Source: Lingula anatina
Lineage: Eukaryota > Animalia > Brachiopoda
DNA: 64,000 nucleotides
Direction of reading: 5' to 3'
Assembly: GCA_051362555.1 (NCBI GenBank)
Contig: CM120642.1
Location: 31,558,001 to 31,622,000 of the forward strand
Shown here: one piece after another, positions 1 to 14,900 of the stretch
Layout of the letters: each line of letters begins with the position of its first letter
How positions within the stretch are numbered: position 1 is the first letter of the stretch
Notes under the pieces: generated by a model
What the model saw: only the letters and a program-made list of their open reading frames with translations
Database searches by the model: none
What the model was told of the DNA's origin: nothing
Position numbers and translations under genes: made by a program

Positions 1-1029
1 TCCAACCCTGAGGAGTTTTTGGCCCACTTGCTGTCGTCTCTGCCTTAGTTGGGGACTATGCTGTCAGAGGGTTGTTCTAAAATGATTGAAAAACTTGACA
101 AATAAGCCTTGTTGTATTTGGTGGAAATGTTGAAATATAAGGGATAAACTCGGATAGAAATAGAGCGCAGACAATATGTGCAGAGTATTGGACTGGTTTG
201 AAGTACAACATAATATTAAACTCTTCATGTGGCATGTTTAAAACTTGGTTAACCATCAACAAAGGTTTAAAAAAACAGACAATATTTCAATATGTTATTT
301 TGTGCACATTTTGTGTATCCGTGAAGCATGGCTTGCGTTTTTTATTCATTTATTTATTTATTTTTTTTTTTGTCTAAAAACTTATGATGATACTATATAC
401 AAAAAGTAGCATATATTTGTTGTATTGGGCTAGTTGTGGAATTGCTTAGATATATCATTGTCGTTGTTTGGATTTAAAAGGACACATTTGGTCATCGTAA
501 ATTCGAGTAATTGAACAAATGTAATAATATTCAAATATCAACTTTGCCTACCACTAACGGAGTATTTAGATTACTTAAAAATTGGTTCTACAGAATTTCC
601 ACGAGGAAGGAAATCAGACGGTTTTAATGCCAGAGCTAGTTACACGCTGTGGTGGGCGTTGTGTGCTTGTGCGTCTCATTGCTCACCTTGAATAGTTTGA
701 AAAGAGGACATTTCGTGAAATTTGTATGCGTATTTAAATATTGAAATATCTTAAAACATGTTTATGTCAACATCTTAACCGCCTAGCTAGAAAAGACTGG
801 GAAGTTGAAGCCGGCAGCAGTTTGAATACTGTTATTTGGAACGACGATAATTTTAGAAGTGCATCAAATGTCATCTTAGTAATGGTCAGAGGGGAATAAA
901 AATTGTGTCCAATTTTCTTGTTTGTTTTTATTTCTGAAGTTGGAAGGGCGGGAAAGGGGTAACTCTTCAGGTACAAGGCTATAATACTTGCCATTCATTT
1001 ATGGATATTCTAACACAGAAAATGAAACC

Positions 1030-2232
1030 AGAAGCTTGCAGGGAATATCAGAAGATTTTATGCAGCTCGTCTCGATAGTTGACAGTCGCACCTTTTTTCA
1101 GGACAGGAGTGGGACTTTCTCAGAAGAAGAGACAGTTCAGTACATGTCTGTGACGGAAATCATCACGAGTTCTTAATTGGTGTCAAATGGGATCCTTGCC
1201 TCAAACGCTCTCTTGATTGTTACCAAATGCCCCTCTTTTCTCAAAACCCTTGATGACCAGCAACAGCTTGAATTTGAAAATGGGAAAATTAATTACCGTC
1301 GCAACTCGGTCTATAATTAAAACTGTGTTAATTTGAAATGCGTGATGGTTGCCTACGTTTTATGTACGTGAACGGCCATGTGCACGTGGTGATGCCGTAC
1401 GTCGATCCGGTTTACTCCGTGCTAGAGGCCAGCTGAGTGATGGCATAAATTCCGTACAAAAATTCTAGCTTAAAATGCACAGTAGAAAAGGGTGTAATGA
1501 ATTAGACGGTGATACATCGGTGAAAATCGAGTGAAAAAAATCCATCTATGGCCCTGGTAGAACTGACCACAGCCTTGGACTTGTTAGTTTGAGGCCAGGT
1601 GGGACAGGAATTCGAAGTACAGGCTCCCATAAGATTAGTACACGTTAGGGTTAGTTGGAGTATTGGGGTTAGTATATGGGACGAATGTCACCTGTACAAA
1701 GTAATGAGAAGCGAACTACGGTTCCTAGCGGAGTTGTACTCGTGTTACACCGGGAAATAAAGCTTCGGGTACAATACTATTGCATAATCACCACCATACA
1801 TTACCGATGTTCATTTACAGAAAAATAGACGAGCAGCATGCAGAGAATATCAGACAATTTTTATAAAACTTCTCTCGATATTTGACAGTCGCACCTTTTT
1901 TCAGGACAAGGTGTGGGCCTTTCTCAGAAGAAGAGACAGTTCAGTACATGTCTGTGACGGAAATCATCACGAGTTCTTAATTAGTGTCAAATAGGACCCT
2001 TGCCTCAAACGCTCTCTTGAATGTTACCAAATGCCCCTCTTTTCTCAAAACCCTTGATGGCAGTTAGCTTGTCACATACCATATTACATGCATCAGTATA
2101 CACCAGCAACTATTCAAATTTGGAAATGGGAAAATTAATTACCGTCGCAACTCGATCTATAATTAAAACTGTGTTAATTTGAAATGCGTGATGCGTGGCT
2201 ACGTATATGTACGTGAACGGCCGTGTGCACGT
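1030..2232. repeat. Direct duplication of a ~360-400 bp non-coding segment (~1030-1393 and ~1832-2232)
   Basis: Long near-identical blocks in both copies, e.g. TTGACAGTCGCACCTTTTTTCAGGACA, CTCAGAAGAAGAGACAGTTCAGTACATGTCTGTGACGGAAATCATCACGAGTTCTTAATT and GGGAAAATTAATTACCGTCGCAACTCG; the second copy has a ~40 bp insertion. Confidence 0.9.
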
Positions 2233-2334
2233 GACGATATCTGTGAATATTTAGTCAAGATGTGGTTTAGGTGTAGTATTGGTCGTCAAGCGAAGTGTTT
2301 TTTTTTTTTTTTTTTTTTTTCTTTTTTTGTTATT

Positions 2335-2623
2335 AGAACTACTGCGGCAACTTGATCTTTTCGGGCTTACATCTTTTATATAATTATGTTAATTTTATAA
2401 CTTCTAATATTTTAAACGTAAAAAAATGAAGAGCTTGGTTATTCAGTTACTTGCCCTCTTTAGGTGGGTTTTGTGTGATATAAGAACTACTGCGGCAATT
2501 TGATCTTTTCGAGTTTGTTATTAAAGATACATTTTTTTAATATAATTATGGTCATTTATAACTTCTAATATATTAAATGTAAATAATTAAGAGCTTGGTT
2601 ATTCAGTTATTATTGCCCTCTTT
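2335..2623. repeat. Two-copy tandem duplication (~130-145 bp unit)
   Basis: AGAACTACTGCGGCAA(C/T)TTGATCTTTTCG ... AAGAGCTTGGTTATTCAGTTA ... TTGCCCTCTTTA occurs at ~2335-2462 and ~2483-2623. Confidence 0.85.
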
Positions 2624-5393
2624 AAAAGAAAAGTCAAAGATAAGTTATTGACCTTGAAACAAAATCTTTTTTAAGATAGATAGCTATTCGTTGTAATCTA
2701 TGAATCATGCACTTGGGAAATATATTACAAATAATAATACATGCATTAACAATAAAATACAATATATAACTGTAGATAAGGTATTACACGTTACCTATTT
2801 GCAGTTGGTTTCCTTTAAATAAAGTAATATAAGGAATTTAAGTAATATAAAAAAAAAAGAATAACACGAGCTTCACAAGAAGAACCCATGGTCTTTGTTT
2901 CTTGAAAAAAAATTGGATCGAATTTTTTAACCGGTATGTTGTCCGCTTAATTGTAGGTTGTTTGTAAAAGGCCGTTCTGTATACTTGAACATCTTCTATT
3001 CACCACCTCCACTAACATAGCGGTTGTGTCACGGATAGACGGATCAGAGACGACAACGCCACTGATGGTTAATCTTTCTCGTCAGTTCTCTCTCTCTCTC
3101 TCTCTCTGCAGGCTATTTTGTAATTTTATCCTGTGTATGTATGTATGTGTGAGTAATTTGTCTTGTTGTTAGCGTGTTCTTCTCTAGAGCGTCCATTTGG
3201 ACCTGATTGCGCCCAACTGAAGCAGACCTCTCTATCAAAATGTAGATGTTGCTCCAGAAAACGTGAGTAATATATCGATTCTCCTTCCCTGCATTGTCCT
3301 TTATCAGCTGCCGTAAGTAGCTTACATTATGTTGCCTTCGTCATTACATTCATTATTTACTTTTTTAAAGAAAGTAAAAGTTAAAATTTCATTCCCCTAG
3401 TTGGATAATTAGTTCTTCTGTCCTTGTATTGCGTTGTCGCATAATCCTTTCAAATGTGTAAATTGTGATTCAGGGGCAGCAATAATGGTTAATGTAATGG
3501 TATGTTGATTGCAGGGCAGTATTCTAAGGACTTCAAAAAAAATTGCATGTATATTGACAATTTTCTATGCTTTTTTTCATGCCCTTTTTGAAAACAATAT
3601 ATACATGAGGGTCCCACTGGGTATTTTGGTTGCCCGTGAAAGCCACTTTTTTATTTCCCGAGATGCATGAAATGTTCATATTATTTATCGTGATCCGTAA
3701 CGCACCCCATTCCCTCGCGACTCGCGAATGCGGCTTTTTATTCTTCGCCCTTCGTGGAACGAAGACATTGTACTCGTTGATTTGTGATTTTCAGGATTTT
3801 CGACTCGCATCAGTGAGATATGGAGATATGAATAAAATTTTATTTACTGTGATTTGTGAACTGATGATTTATGATTTTATTTATATTGGGTGATCTGAAA
3901 CACGTCAACAACTGTCTCGAAGTTCTTGTCATGACGTACAGTAAAAAAAATTGTTTACCTAATTTGTTTCATTTTCAGTCGATATCTGCCAAATTAGTCG
4001 AAAGAAAGGATGTTTTGTATGTACATGTATAGGAAGTGCAGAGTGCACTGACTTTGTTTGCTCATTGATTTCGTGTATTTTTAGTCTGTTGGACTGCAGT
4101 AAATAAATATACCCCTTGTTGTCATCTTTCGAGTATCAGTTTTTATCAATAGCACACGTCCTCTGCATTCCTAATAGAAAGGTGCCCCCCCCCCCCCCCC
4201 CCCCCCAATAGAAAAATAAAGTACACATTAAACATATTAACGTTTAGACATAAATATTCACGAGACTCTGCTCCCTGATTTGTTTTTATACGGAAATTTG
4301 GGGTCCTTTCATATCGCGCTCACCACCTACAGTACATTGGTACGCCTCTGTACCTCGTTGTCTGAACATGATCCTCTTTGTTGGCCACTCGTCGTGCGCG
4401 CTCCCTCTATCGGTTTCTCTATTTTTAATCCCCGATCTACAACTCCTTACAGCCACGATCGAAGAACACGGCCTCCTAAATTTCATCAACTTAAGACATG
4501 CGATATCTGCCTCGACAGTCATTAAGAAAATTTGGAAAATTAGGTTACAGGTCCCTCCACCTGCCCCGTTGTAATCTGCGGCATTTGCATGATTTCCCCA
4601 TAGTCCGCGTCATAATACAATCAACCAGGAAAGACGCTAAGAGACTGAGGAAGGGGGTCGCTTACTGATTTGTTTTTAATCGCGATGGCGTAAGTATTTG
4701 ATGATATTTCCTCGGTTATGGAGGCAACATAATTTCTTAAATGTCTGCTTAGATTATCTCTACATCGCCGAGGCCAGATTTTAAACGTGCTGGCGCTCAT
4801 TTCGCCGACTACAGACGAAATCCTCGAGTCGAAGCCAACCTGCCAAAAGAACAAATGAAAACCGAGTTGTAGGTCCACCTGTACGTTTCTCAAGCCATAA
4901 CTTCCAGGTTGGTCAATTAATGCATGAATGCAAAACGGCACGTGTAAAGATATTATGTTACGCTGAACGGAGAACAATCTCAATTAGTTTTAGGGTAATT
5001 ACTGGCTGTGTTCATATGCTCCGATTGCCGCATAAAAGCGCACAGTGCAGTGCGGCGAGTTCGACACTTCTTTAATTGTTGGTGCGCTCATGTTGACGGA
5101 CCGATAATAGACGTCATTAAGAAATTGCTGCTCATGTAAATTTAATAAGGAGCCTATCAAGGTGGTTCATTAGTGAGCTGGTCGTAGTACTCGGGATTGA
5201 AAGGTTCAGTTTTTCATGCACATGATCTTCGGCAGCGGTCGACTGGAGTTACCAGCAGAGCGGTGCAGCTACTGAATACATTTCTCTGCCGAGGTAGGTC
5301 AGATGATGGGTTTGTGTGGGCTTTGTAGTAAAGCACATAAGTTATAACAGTGTCTCGTTGTTCAGAGGGCATCGCCCAATCAATCTTTTTCGT

Positions 5394-5526
<133 letters not shown>

Positions 5527-7849
5527 TACTAGGACACTATATACTGGTACTATACTGGGGAATATAAAGTAGGCCACGCCCACCCCACCAAATGGAAATC
5601 TTCTCTATTATCACCCCGGCTGTGCATCAGACTTGGGTACACCATCTACCAGGCTTGCCACTATTAATGGTCAAAGTAGAGATAGCATGTTTCTGCAGGT
5701 ATGTTTTTCGTGATTTTTGTTCCTGTTTTGCTATCATTTCCAGCAATCGGCGATACGTGGAAAACATTATATCCTAAAGCTACCCCCTAAGTGCTAAGTA
5801 GTAACTCCCTGCTTATCAGGATATTATCACTTGGGTTTTGGCAGGTGTAACGTTCTAGCTGTGCATGTGGAACTGGCATACGATATCATGGTTGCATGCG
5901 TGTATAATGGCACCAGAAATGTCCACATCCACTAATTTTTTTGTTTTTTCACCTTAAATTAAGGGTCGAATATTGTTATTATCAGTGAAGATAAAAGCAG
6001 TTACAGCAAAATCCATATTTGACAAAAACGATTCAACTATTCAAACCACTCTTTCTGTTTACCCCCCATACCCATACAAACACACGTTCTTTTAAAATAG
6101 ATAAAGTAATAGAAACATCTGAAGTCACTCTAAAAGAGCGATACAAGACAGGCATGCTATATATCATATTGTGCCTAATAAAAAATGAGTTTACTATTAC
6201 AAAAGTAGAAGGATATGCCCTTTCTGGCGCACTGTGAATGCGGCTGGTATCTGGTATTATCGCTTATTAGCTTGGAAAAAGCTGCAGCAATCAGCGCCCA
6301 TTGTACGCCGTTCACCGTTAGCAGGAAATCGTTAGGTAGTTTTTCACAATGGAGGCTCGTTAGACCCTAGCTTATAATAACGAGCTGTTTTGACAAGCCC
6401 CCAATTACCAGTGTTGTTTTGGTAGTGCGCATAAGGAGTCAATTAGGAGACAGAAAGGATAGAAATAGACGTCTCCACGCCAGAGAAGATATCAGTGTAA
6501 GGAGTAACCTCGTCGCAGGCAGTCGTATTGCTGATAACACGTAAAGGTAGGTACGTCTGTTTCTTACCGCGTTCCAAGTTGCAGAAAGAGCGTTCTGCCA
6601 GAACGCAATCACTTGCAGGCATGAAGACTTGATACACTGTGTGCTCACCTGAACATGCCTCTGGGGTAGGGTTAGGACTAGAGGATGTTTTTATTTAATA
6701 TTTTTGCCCTTTTCTCTGAATACGATCGAGAAAATCTCGTAGAAATAGTGTGTATAGATTTATTGTCAGCCGAGGAAATGTTTTCTGGGTTTGCAGTGCC
6801 TGCCCAACTTGTACAAAGGATAACAGTCGATGATTCATTCGCGTCTATGTTCTGCACAGCAAGTTGGGATTTGAAAATTACTCATTTTACTACAATTTGT
6901 CCTTTTTTGTGCATATATTCTATTCACCTAATTTCGTTATTCGCGTGTCATCACTCACATTTGCAGCTGGACTGTGACTTTTACGGAAGGACGCAGAAGG
7001 CAGGTGTCCAGCGTGGCAAACGAGATTGTTCGTAATCATGAAAAATGCGTTGATTGGAGAAAAGGAATAGAAAGTTAGTAACGGAATGTCAAAAAAAAAA
7101 AAAATCTAAAGAAGTTCGTATACATGACCTAGTTAATTCAGTCTTTTGCTATCGTTATGATGGCTCTTCAAAGAGATTGAAATTTAGCAAATCGACTTAG
7201 ATTTGTCTATTAAAAGATACATATCATACTGTACTAAGTTCAGTTTAAACAAGACGCCATGGTAAAAGCTAAGAAATAACTTAAATTTCTTAAAAACTTA
7301 AAACTTCCATCGTTGCTCTAAAATAATTTCGACTGGCGCATTAAAAAAGAGAGTTTTTTTGGATCCAACATATCTGTTAAACATGCGTTAAATGTGCAAA
7401 AAAAAAACCGTCGGGTCTCATGAACTTGCAACCTCAGTTATCGGAGAAAAATTGAAGATAAATGAGAATAAATCGGGTGTTCTAAATTAATCATACAACA
7501 TCGCGAAATTGAATTTCGACCGGACCTGTTCTGAAAGAAAATTGGATGCATTTTTGCAGATTACTTCCACGTTTATCAAGATCACGATATGGATCCAGGA
7601 ATGATTGCATCAATGATGAGAAAGCTAACCACATATCGCAAGGCAGGTTTGCGTGTTCTTCTTCGGTACAACTCCCTGGCGTAACTTCTCTGAAAGCAAA
7701 ATTTCAAAAAAAAAAAAATCATTTCTGTTTTAATTTCTCGTTCTTTATTGAAACTGAATATCTTATTACTTATGTTTATTAATGGTAGGCCATGGGAAGA
7801 TCGCCCCTACCTCCTGCTTGCGAGTCCCGCTTAAAAGATATTCACCCCA

Positions 7850-8050
7850 TTCTCATAGATTAGATCGACCTACATTGGATCGACCTAACTCCCTGGGGGT
7901 TCACGCTAAATAGCTGTCAGCCGGGCGGACACGAAAGTTAATTACCCCTTATAGCTTGTAGTAGGCGGGGACGGACACTTAAGGCGGATTATCTGACAGT
8001 AATCTAGTGAGACTCCCCGCGGTGATAGATCGATCTAAAAGTTGTGAGAA
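7850..8050. mobile_element. Degenerate MITE with imperfect terminal inverted repeats
   Basis: TTCTCATAGATTAGATCGACCTA at the left end is an imperfect inverted match to TAGATCGATCTAAAAGTTGTGAGAA at the right end; internal GATCGACCTAACTCCCTGGGGGTTCACGCTAAAT resembles the 32694-32958 family. Confidence 0.5.
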
Positions 8051-9197
8051 CAGAGCCATTGATACGAGTTGAGGACTTTTGCACTATTTATTTTGGTCTT
8101 CTATCTTTGTTTGGATTCATTATGTAGTTGTGGATATGGAGGGAGCAATCCCCAGACCATGCACACCCCCCCCCCCCACTCTCACCTCTCCAACCCAAGG
8201 TTCTGTGTGTGGCAACATAATTTTTGTACACTTTTTATTCCTCATTTTCTCCTCTTTGAATATGAGTTTCCCAAGGCGTGAACCCATGCGTCTTGCTCAC
8301 TCAAAAGACTCAAACTCTGCACGCTGCTATTGTAGCTTGCATGTCATGATATAATTCACCCAGATTTCAAACTAAATAACTACTTTGCACGGTTCGGTCA
8401 TTTCATGAGGGTTAAATTGTTCACGAATCACGTTGCGTAAATTTTTATTAATCATGGAAATTGAAAAACGAAAGCAACGTTTATAATCGAGGATTTATCA
8501 AAATGTATTGTGCACACTTACGTAACGAACCACTATATCAAATCTGAATAATTTTGCAAATGATTCCATTAATGAAATTGCAACAAAACGATTTCTTTAT
8601 CTCAATTTTACTAATGCAGAATATGATCCGATATACACGATAAACAAATGATATGAAACTTAATCTTATCATCATAAGCAGGTCCAGGTGGTCAAGGCCT
8701 GATTTTGACCAACGCGGGCGCTAGTCGCCGGCCCGAAGTGCACCGCACCGTGCAACGCCGCAGATTGCGACGCTGGCCTATTTTACCTCCGACACATGTT
8801 AGTCAGATGCTGATGAGCCCCGAGCCCTTAAGGGTGCGTGACAGGGACAGTGATAAACTTCTATTGCCTGTACTTCTATTTCATCAGTATTTCATTGCCA
8901 AGCGGGTCTCCTGTAACAGTCGAGAGTTGATTTAGTATCACTGCGTATGACAAAGGGGTGCGGGTACAGTCTATACGTGGTAATAAGACAACGGAGCTGA
9001 GAATCTCCTGTGTACGAGGAATTCGAGGATGGAGGGCACAGGCAGTGGGGAAGAGAGTCTGGACAGTAAGTGGAAGGGGTTGTTGTTGATAAAGAAGATT
9101 TATGGTAGCCTGAAGATACGTTAAGGGTACATTATACATGGGCATTGTCTGGATAGACCTCCTGTGCATAAAATTGCCCTCCAAGAGGCTAGGAAAA

Positions 9198-9240
<43 letters not shown>

Positions 9241-11233
9241 AAACATATTATTAGTGTAATTTGTCATGGATGGACGATAGCACCAGATAAGCCTCGTCAC
9301 GACCTCTTATCGGCAAATAATCACTGTAATGCAAGGGAACTCCAACACGATTTTTACAACCCTGTGTTATGTATGTATGTAGAGCTGTTTTGACTATCAC
9401 GATGATTAGGCTGGTGTAGATACATACTGATCCACCGTGATGAACAATCTGTTCCAGCTCCATTTATTTTACATGCGGGAGATGAATAATAATAATGCAC
9501 TCGCAGATTGTTAGACGAATAGGTCATTTCCTCAGTCGAGAGGCATATGTAGTACACAGAGTTGCGTGCCCAGAATTTCGTGACGCTAGTTTTTGGCCCT
9601 TAGATTCTGCTCATTTATGTCAGCGCTGCTGTGATCAGTTCAGCGAGCCCCGACCTTGCTTGGCTCGCTGCTGATAATTATGCTCGGGTAATGATGCGCA
9701 CAGAACACACGAGGCGCATAGTCATTTGAAAGCAAATAAAACTAACGAACGAAAGACAAAGAATATACTGACTTTTTATAACAAGGAAGTGTTGACTGTT
9801 TCGATCGATTAGGTTAGAGTTGGTTTTCTTTGCCCTTTTTTTTCTAAATGTTGGGTTCAAATACCTGCAAACAAGCTTCTGCAAACTAATGGGACTAGAC
9901 GAATATTTAACTCCGAATTCGCGGGCTAGGTGGCGTAATTTAACATGATAGTCTGCTTCCGATCGAAGTGAACAAAATATATTCATATATATTAGCGCGA
10001 CTGAAAGGGATAAGATAAGCGTGGGCTTGGTTGCAATTTTCAAGACGTTAGGATATGTGGTCTCATCGCCTTCCGTTGTTAATTAAAAAAGCCAGATGAC
10101 AAGCGTGTGAATTTTCCTAAATCCCTTTCACGGACACCAACCCACTCGTTTTTGTCAAATCCTGAAGTGAGAAACTGGCTATTTGCACTTGATTTCGATC
10201 AAGTTTCTTAATTAACCCCGTTAAATTATGAGTTATTGACCAGTAGTCGAGTCTTTTGCGTTCACCTTTACCAAAATACACGTAAGAAAATGAAGCTGGA
10301 TTTTTGCGCAGAAAGCACAGGGAAACTACTCCCAAACTACATGTAGGTGCCTCGGCTCATTTTTATCTCCTACCACGACCGTAACAATAAACCGTGTTGT
10401 TTGTAATACAAAATTAAAATTTTCCCAAACTATGACGAGCAAAGTGATAACGTTTTCAGTTCACTTATTTACCTATCATATATGGGGAGTTTAGTATGTT
10501 TGTGATCTGATATGATGCCTCAAAAGAGGCGTGGAGCGGCCTGCACAACATATTGAAGATAATATTGCACAAGTTACATTAGAATATTTTCACTGCAAAG
10601 TCAAACGGATGCAACAAGTTAATTTTTAATGTCACGGTAAATTATTAATAACCTGTTTAATGATGACAAAACAGGAAGCCAAAGTGAAAGATGTCGTAGA
10701 ACCGACCTGGGAATGTCGAGACGACACCGCAGCGAACCTTCTCCTCAGAGACGCTGTGAAAGCGCAGCGAGCCAAAAAGAGGTCTGTTTACGGGTTTAAT
10801 TGTTAGATCTCGCGTGCCTATCGATCTGGGGCAATTAATCGAATCCTCGGTCTCTACGACTGCTTTCAGACGTCGTCGCTGCTGTTAGTCAGTTTGTCAA
10901 ACAGGAGTACTATACTACTGCCAGAGATAGGCAGAGTCTGCGCCTGATAAGGTGGAGAGAGAGGCCTGCAAATTAAGACCTGTGTATATTCTATCAGGAG
11001 ACTTCCCGAGATGCCTTAAATTTAACCTCCTTCCTGCCTTCTTTCCAGCTATAAACGGCAGCGGCGGTATTGGTAGAGGTAGCACCAATAGCAGCAGCAG
11101 CATTGTCAGCAACAACAGCAACGGTAGCAGACCTTCGCCGGCGGAAGTACAGACCACAACCAGCACGCTTGACAACAGCTTCCTCAGCAGTCTAGGCCAG
11201 GCTAGCAGTAACAGTAGCAGCGTAGAACTAAGC

Positions 11234-11852
11234 ATGGAGGGTTCCGGGAGCAGCAAGGCATGCGCTGGCTGTGGCGCCAGGATTGAGGACAAGTTCTTGC
11301 TTCACGCGCTGGACAGGTACTGGCACTTGGGCTGCCTTAAGTGCTCGTGTTGCCAAGCGCATCTCGGAGAGATTGGAACGTCTTGCTTCGCGAAGGCTGG
11401 GATGATTCTGTGTAAAAACGACTATATCAGGTAGGGGATTTTGTTGTCATTGTTGTTGTTGTTGTAATTATTCTGTCAATTGCGGTGTACTTGCCACAGT
11501 TTTAAGTTAATTTATGATAAACACGGTAGCATATAGTGCACATATTCAATACACATTTGTAAGGTTGACATGTTCCTCCAGGTGAGAGCCGGTTTTAATG
11601 TAAACTCTCGGTGTAGAGTTCTCCAATTGCACATAGTCTATCTGATCGCATTGAATTTGAAGCTCATTGCGTGTACTGCATCTCGTCAACATCTCAGTTG
11701 ACCATCCAGGATAGATTCAACCATCATTATCTCTGCATTCGTCCAGTATATATTCTCCCTTTCGTTTCATGTTGTAACGATCAGGGACGTTAAAATGGTT
11801 AAAATTCTGAAGAAATATACCTCATGTATACCCTCATGTATACTCTCTCTCT

Positions 11853-11913
<61 letters not shown>

Positions 11914-14900
11914 GATGGGGTCAGAAGGGTACTGAAATTATTTAAGAGTTTTTATTAAAATGGTGTAATTCTAGAAAATAATGTAAATCACAGAAAAATT
12001 GGCCAAAGGCAAACTAAACGAGTCATTAAATTGAAATTGTACTGCATGGATTGATTTAAAATGTGAAATTCACAATTATAAGCATAAAGTGAAATTAAAT
12101 TTTACAAACAAAACGAAACCACGTCATGTGAGATGTTTAATTGAAAATTTACTCCATTCTATTTCATATTAACCTAATCCAACATATCGCAGTAACATTT
12201 AAACACTGTGTAGATGTGATACTCCATTCTAACCAAAGTATCAGCTATAACCACGGAAATAGTTTTATTTAAGCAGCAGTGAATGACGCAAACTGTGTTG
12301 ATGACTTATTGAAGAAACAAAAACGGTTTTTGGTAGCTAAGGAAAGCACGTTTTTCGCATCATTAACACTATGTGAATTAAATACGCCATGTTTAAAGCA
12401 TTTGGTTTCATAAGTTGCAAAGAAATTGAAGATTTGAGAGCCTGATAATGACGTTCATAATCAGGTTACTGTGACTGGATATAGTAAATACGTGTAGGAC
12501 TAATAGAGTCGACACTTTGTATGAAACTAAAATGATTTCAAACGTGATTATAATCCATTTCTAGCAGGTATGTGGCGTGATTCACTTTCCCTCGTATACA
12601 CGTTTAAAAGTCTTTTAAGTTAATGAATTGAAATTTTATTTTAAGCTCAAGTTAAGTCTTAAGTTAAGTGCCTTTTATTATATAATCGATTGTCAGCACA
12701 TCACACTAGAAAGAAACAAAGGAAGCGATGTCGCTGGATCAAATATTAATTTTATATGTGACCGTGTATGTTTCACCACATATTTGCCAACTTTTCCAGG
12801 AATTTTTTTAATTGCATTTTTAATATCGCCCACGTCCTTAGAATTGTCCAATTTTATTTTCATTTGCCGAGTTTTTTTTTAAATCTCAGGCAAACTTGAC
12901 ATAGAGGCGGATATGTTACTCCAGGTATGACCTGCGAAACGGCGCTACTTTCATAGGCAGTCTTCATCAACCCTCTGATACCGGTATCCTAAAATAGTGT
13001 ACAAATTTAAACTATTAGCAGTAATTTTATAACAGACTACTGGCACCCCCTGTGATCAGAGAGTAGTAGTATTCATCAGGTTTGAAAAAGGCATCACAGT
13101 AGAAATAAAACGCTACTTAAACCATAGAATCAACACTGTGTTACCCCCCCCCCCCCCACCCCATGCCACAGCCTCTTACAGACCCTGTGATCGAGTCCGC
13201 AGTCCAGGCCATCAGATTAAGACTACGGTGCAGAGCATTTGAAAAGTCATCTGAAGCACTGCTGTGGGATCACATAACTGAACCACATAGAAAAAGCTAA
13301 ATGACATTTTGAAAAATGCGTCTATCTGCCCATTAATGTTTTATACATTCAATCCTCTACCCCCAAAAATAGTGGCCTTGTCTCGCTGTCGCCCGCATCA
13401 CTAGTGAGATGTTTGCACAAAAGTGGACTTCATTAAACTCAATTTCCGCTTTGCAATGAGATCCAATACTCGAGTTGAGGGTTGAATACACAACACGGCC
13501 GTAGCACGGGGCTGCAGTGAAGCTCCACCATATACTGGAGATCTCATTTGTCAATGCTCAAAATAACACGGGAAATCCTGATTGTGGCACTATATCCGAC
13601 TTCAAATTGATGTTTTCTGTGTGTTGTAGATCACATAACTCTCCATTAATGTACTCATGCTATCCCTATTGTAATTTAAACAGAACTGCATTTAAATCGT
13701 ATTGAGAATCGCGCTTTGTACGGCTACTTTGGCCCTTGGACCTAAATAGAGCCACAGTGGATGCAGAAGCACGCTTTGAAGGCACACTGTTCAGACAGTG
13801 CACACACAAGTGCGCTTTGTACAGCCACTTTTGCGACAGTGCATATCAATTTTGAATCAAACGCGCTTTTGACAACCAGTGCTTTCGATTTAACAGATGC
13901 AACTAATTTCCCTTTCCAAATGACTGGGTTTCTTTACAGAAATTCTCCTTCCATTCTCAAGTACGAATTCAATCTATATTAAGTGCATTAAGTTAGATTA
14001 TGAAGACATATCGCAGCGAGTTTTGCCTGTAGATATATTATATTCTAGAGTGGTAGCTATTGATTCACAGGCCGTTGTCTATCGCAAATTGAATCTCAAA
14101 GAAAGCAATAAAATAATTGAACATTTAATAGCTTTCATAATGCAGCCCCGAACATTGATTTTGCACAGGGAGCAGAGCGGTCTGTGTAGTTTCAATTAGG
14201 CCCATTCCCCTTCATAGGAAAACACGTTGTACGACAGGGTGAGCGGGGTAATACAAGATACAGCTTCCAGGGCTAGATGCTTTTATGAAGCGCTTGAAAG
14301 TTTTGTTCTGTTTTTTTCTTTTTTTTTAATTTTTAATTTATGTCAGCAACAATTTTTGTGCTGATGCGTCGCGAGCATCAACCTATTTTGTTTTACATTT
14401 TTGATATTGTTTTCATTACATTTCGAATTTTCGTGTGAAAATGGTCCACTGTGAGCATAGTTATAAAAGTTACAGTCAGCTCTGACGGAAGGTATACAGT
14501 TAGATTTTTTCTAGTGACGGGTTCATTCCAGGCCTCGAGTTTATTTATAGTGTATATATATGTACTGCTGCCATTGTTCGTCTCCGTTGTCACAGAGTAT
14601 CATCTTCTTCACATGACAGGTCATGTATCTTGCTATCATATTCTATTTTGTACATGGGTTATAATTGCTATAGCAGTAGACCCTTTTTTTTACAAAAATA
14701 GCCTGGCTCTTTCTTCGATTTATTATTTTACTGATTTGTCGCTTTTTAAAAAGCCAGTGCGTTTATAGAATGTCGACCAGGGTAACGCCCAACATACCCG
14801 GATAAAGCGCGATCTTAGGTATCGAGGCAAACCCTACGCCATTTGTATCGCTTAAGATGCGGTCCATTTGAGAATAGTGTGAATGTAGCCTACACAGATT

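Noticed and set aside
3607-3900. GAGGGTCCCACTGGG-initiated segment with many TGATTT motifs, a possible transposon fragment
   Set aside because: No matching second terminus or second copy found in the window.
10660-10790. Short ATG-initiated frames upstream of LMO4 as its first coding exon
   Set aside because: The available donor (AG|GTCTGT) gives phase 0 or 2, not the phase 1 required by the 11049 acceptor.
10915-11292. Leu-rich 125-aa minus-strand ORF resembling a signal or membrane peptide
   Set aside because: Antisense shadow of the AGC-rich LMO4 exon.
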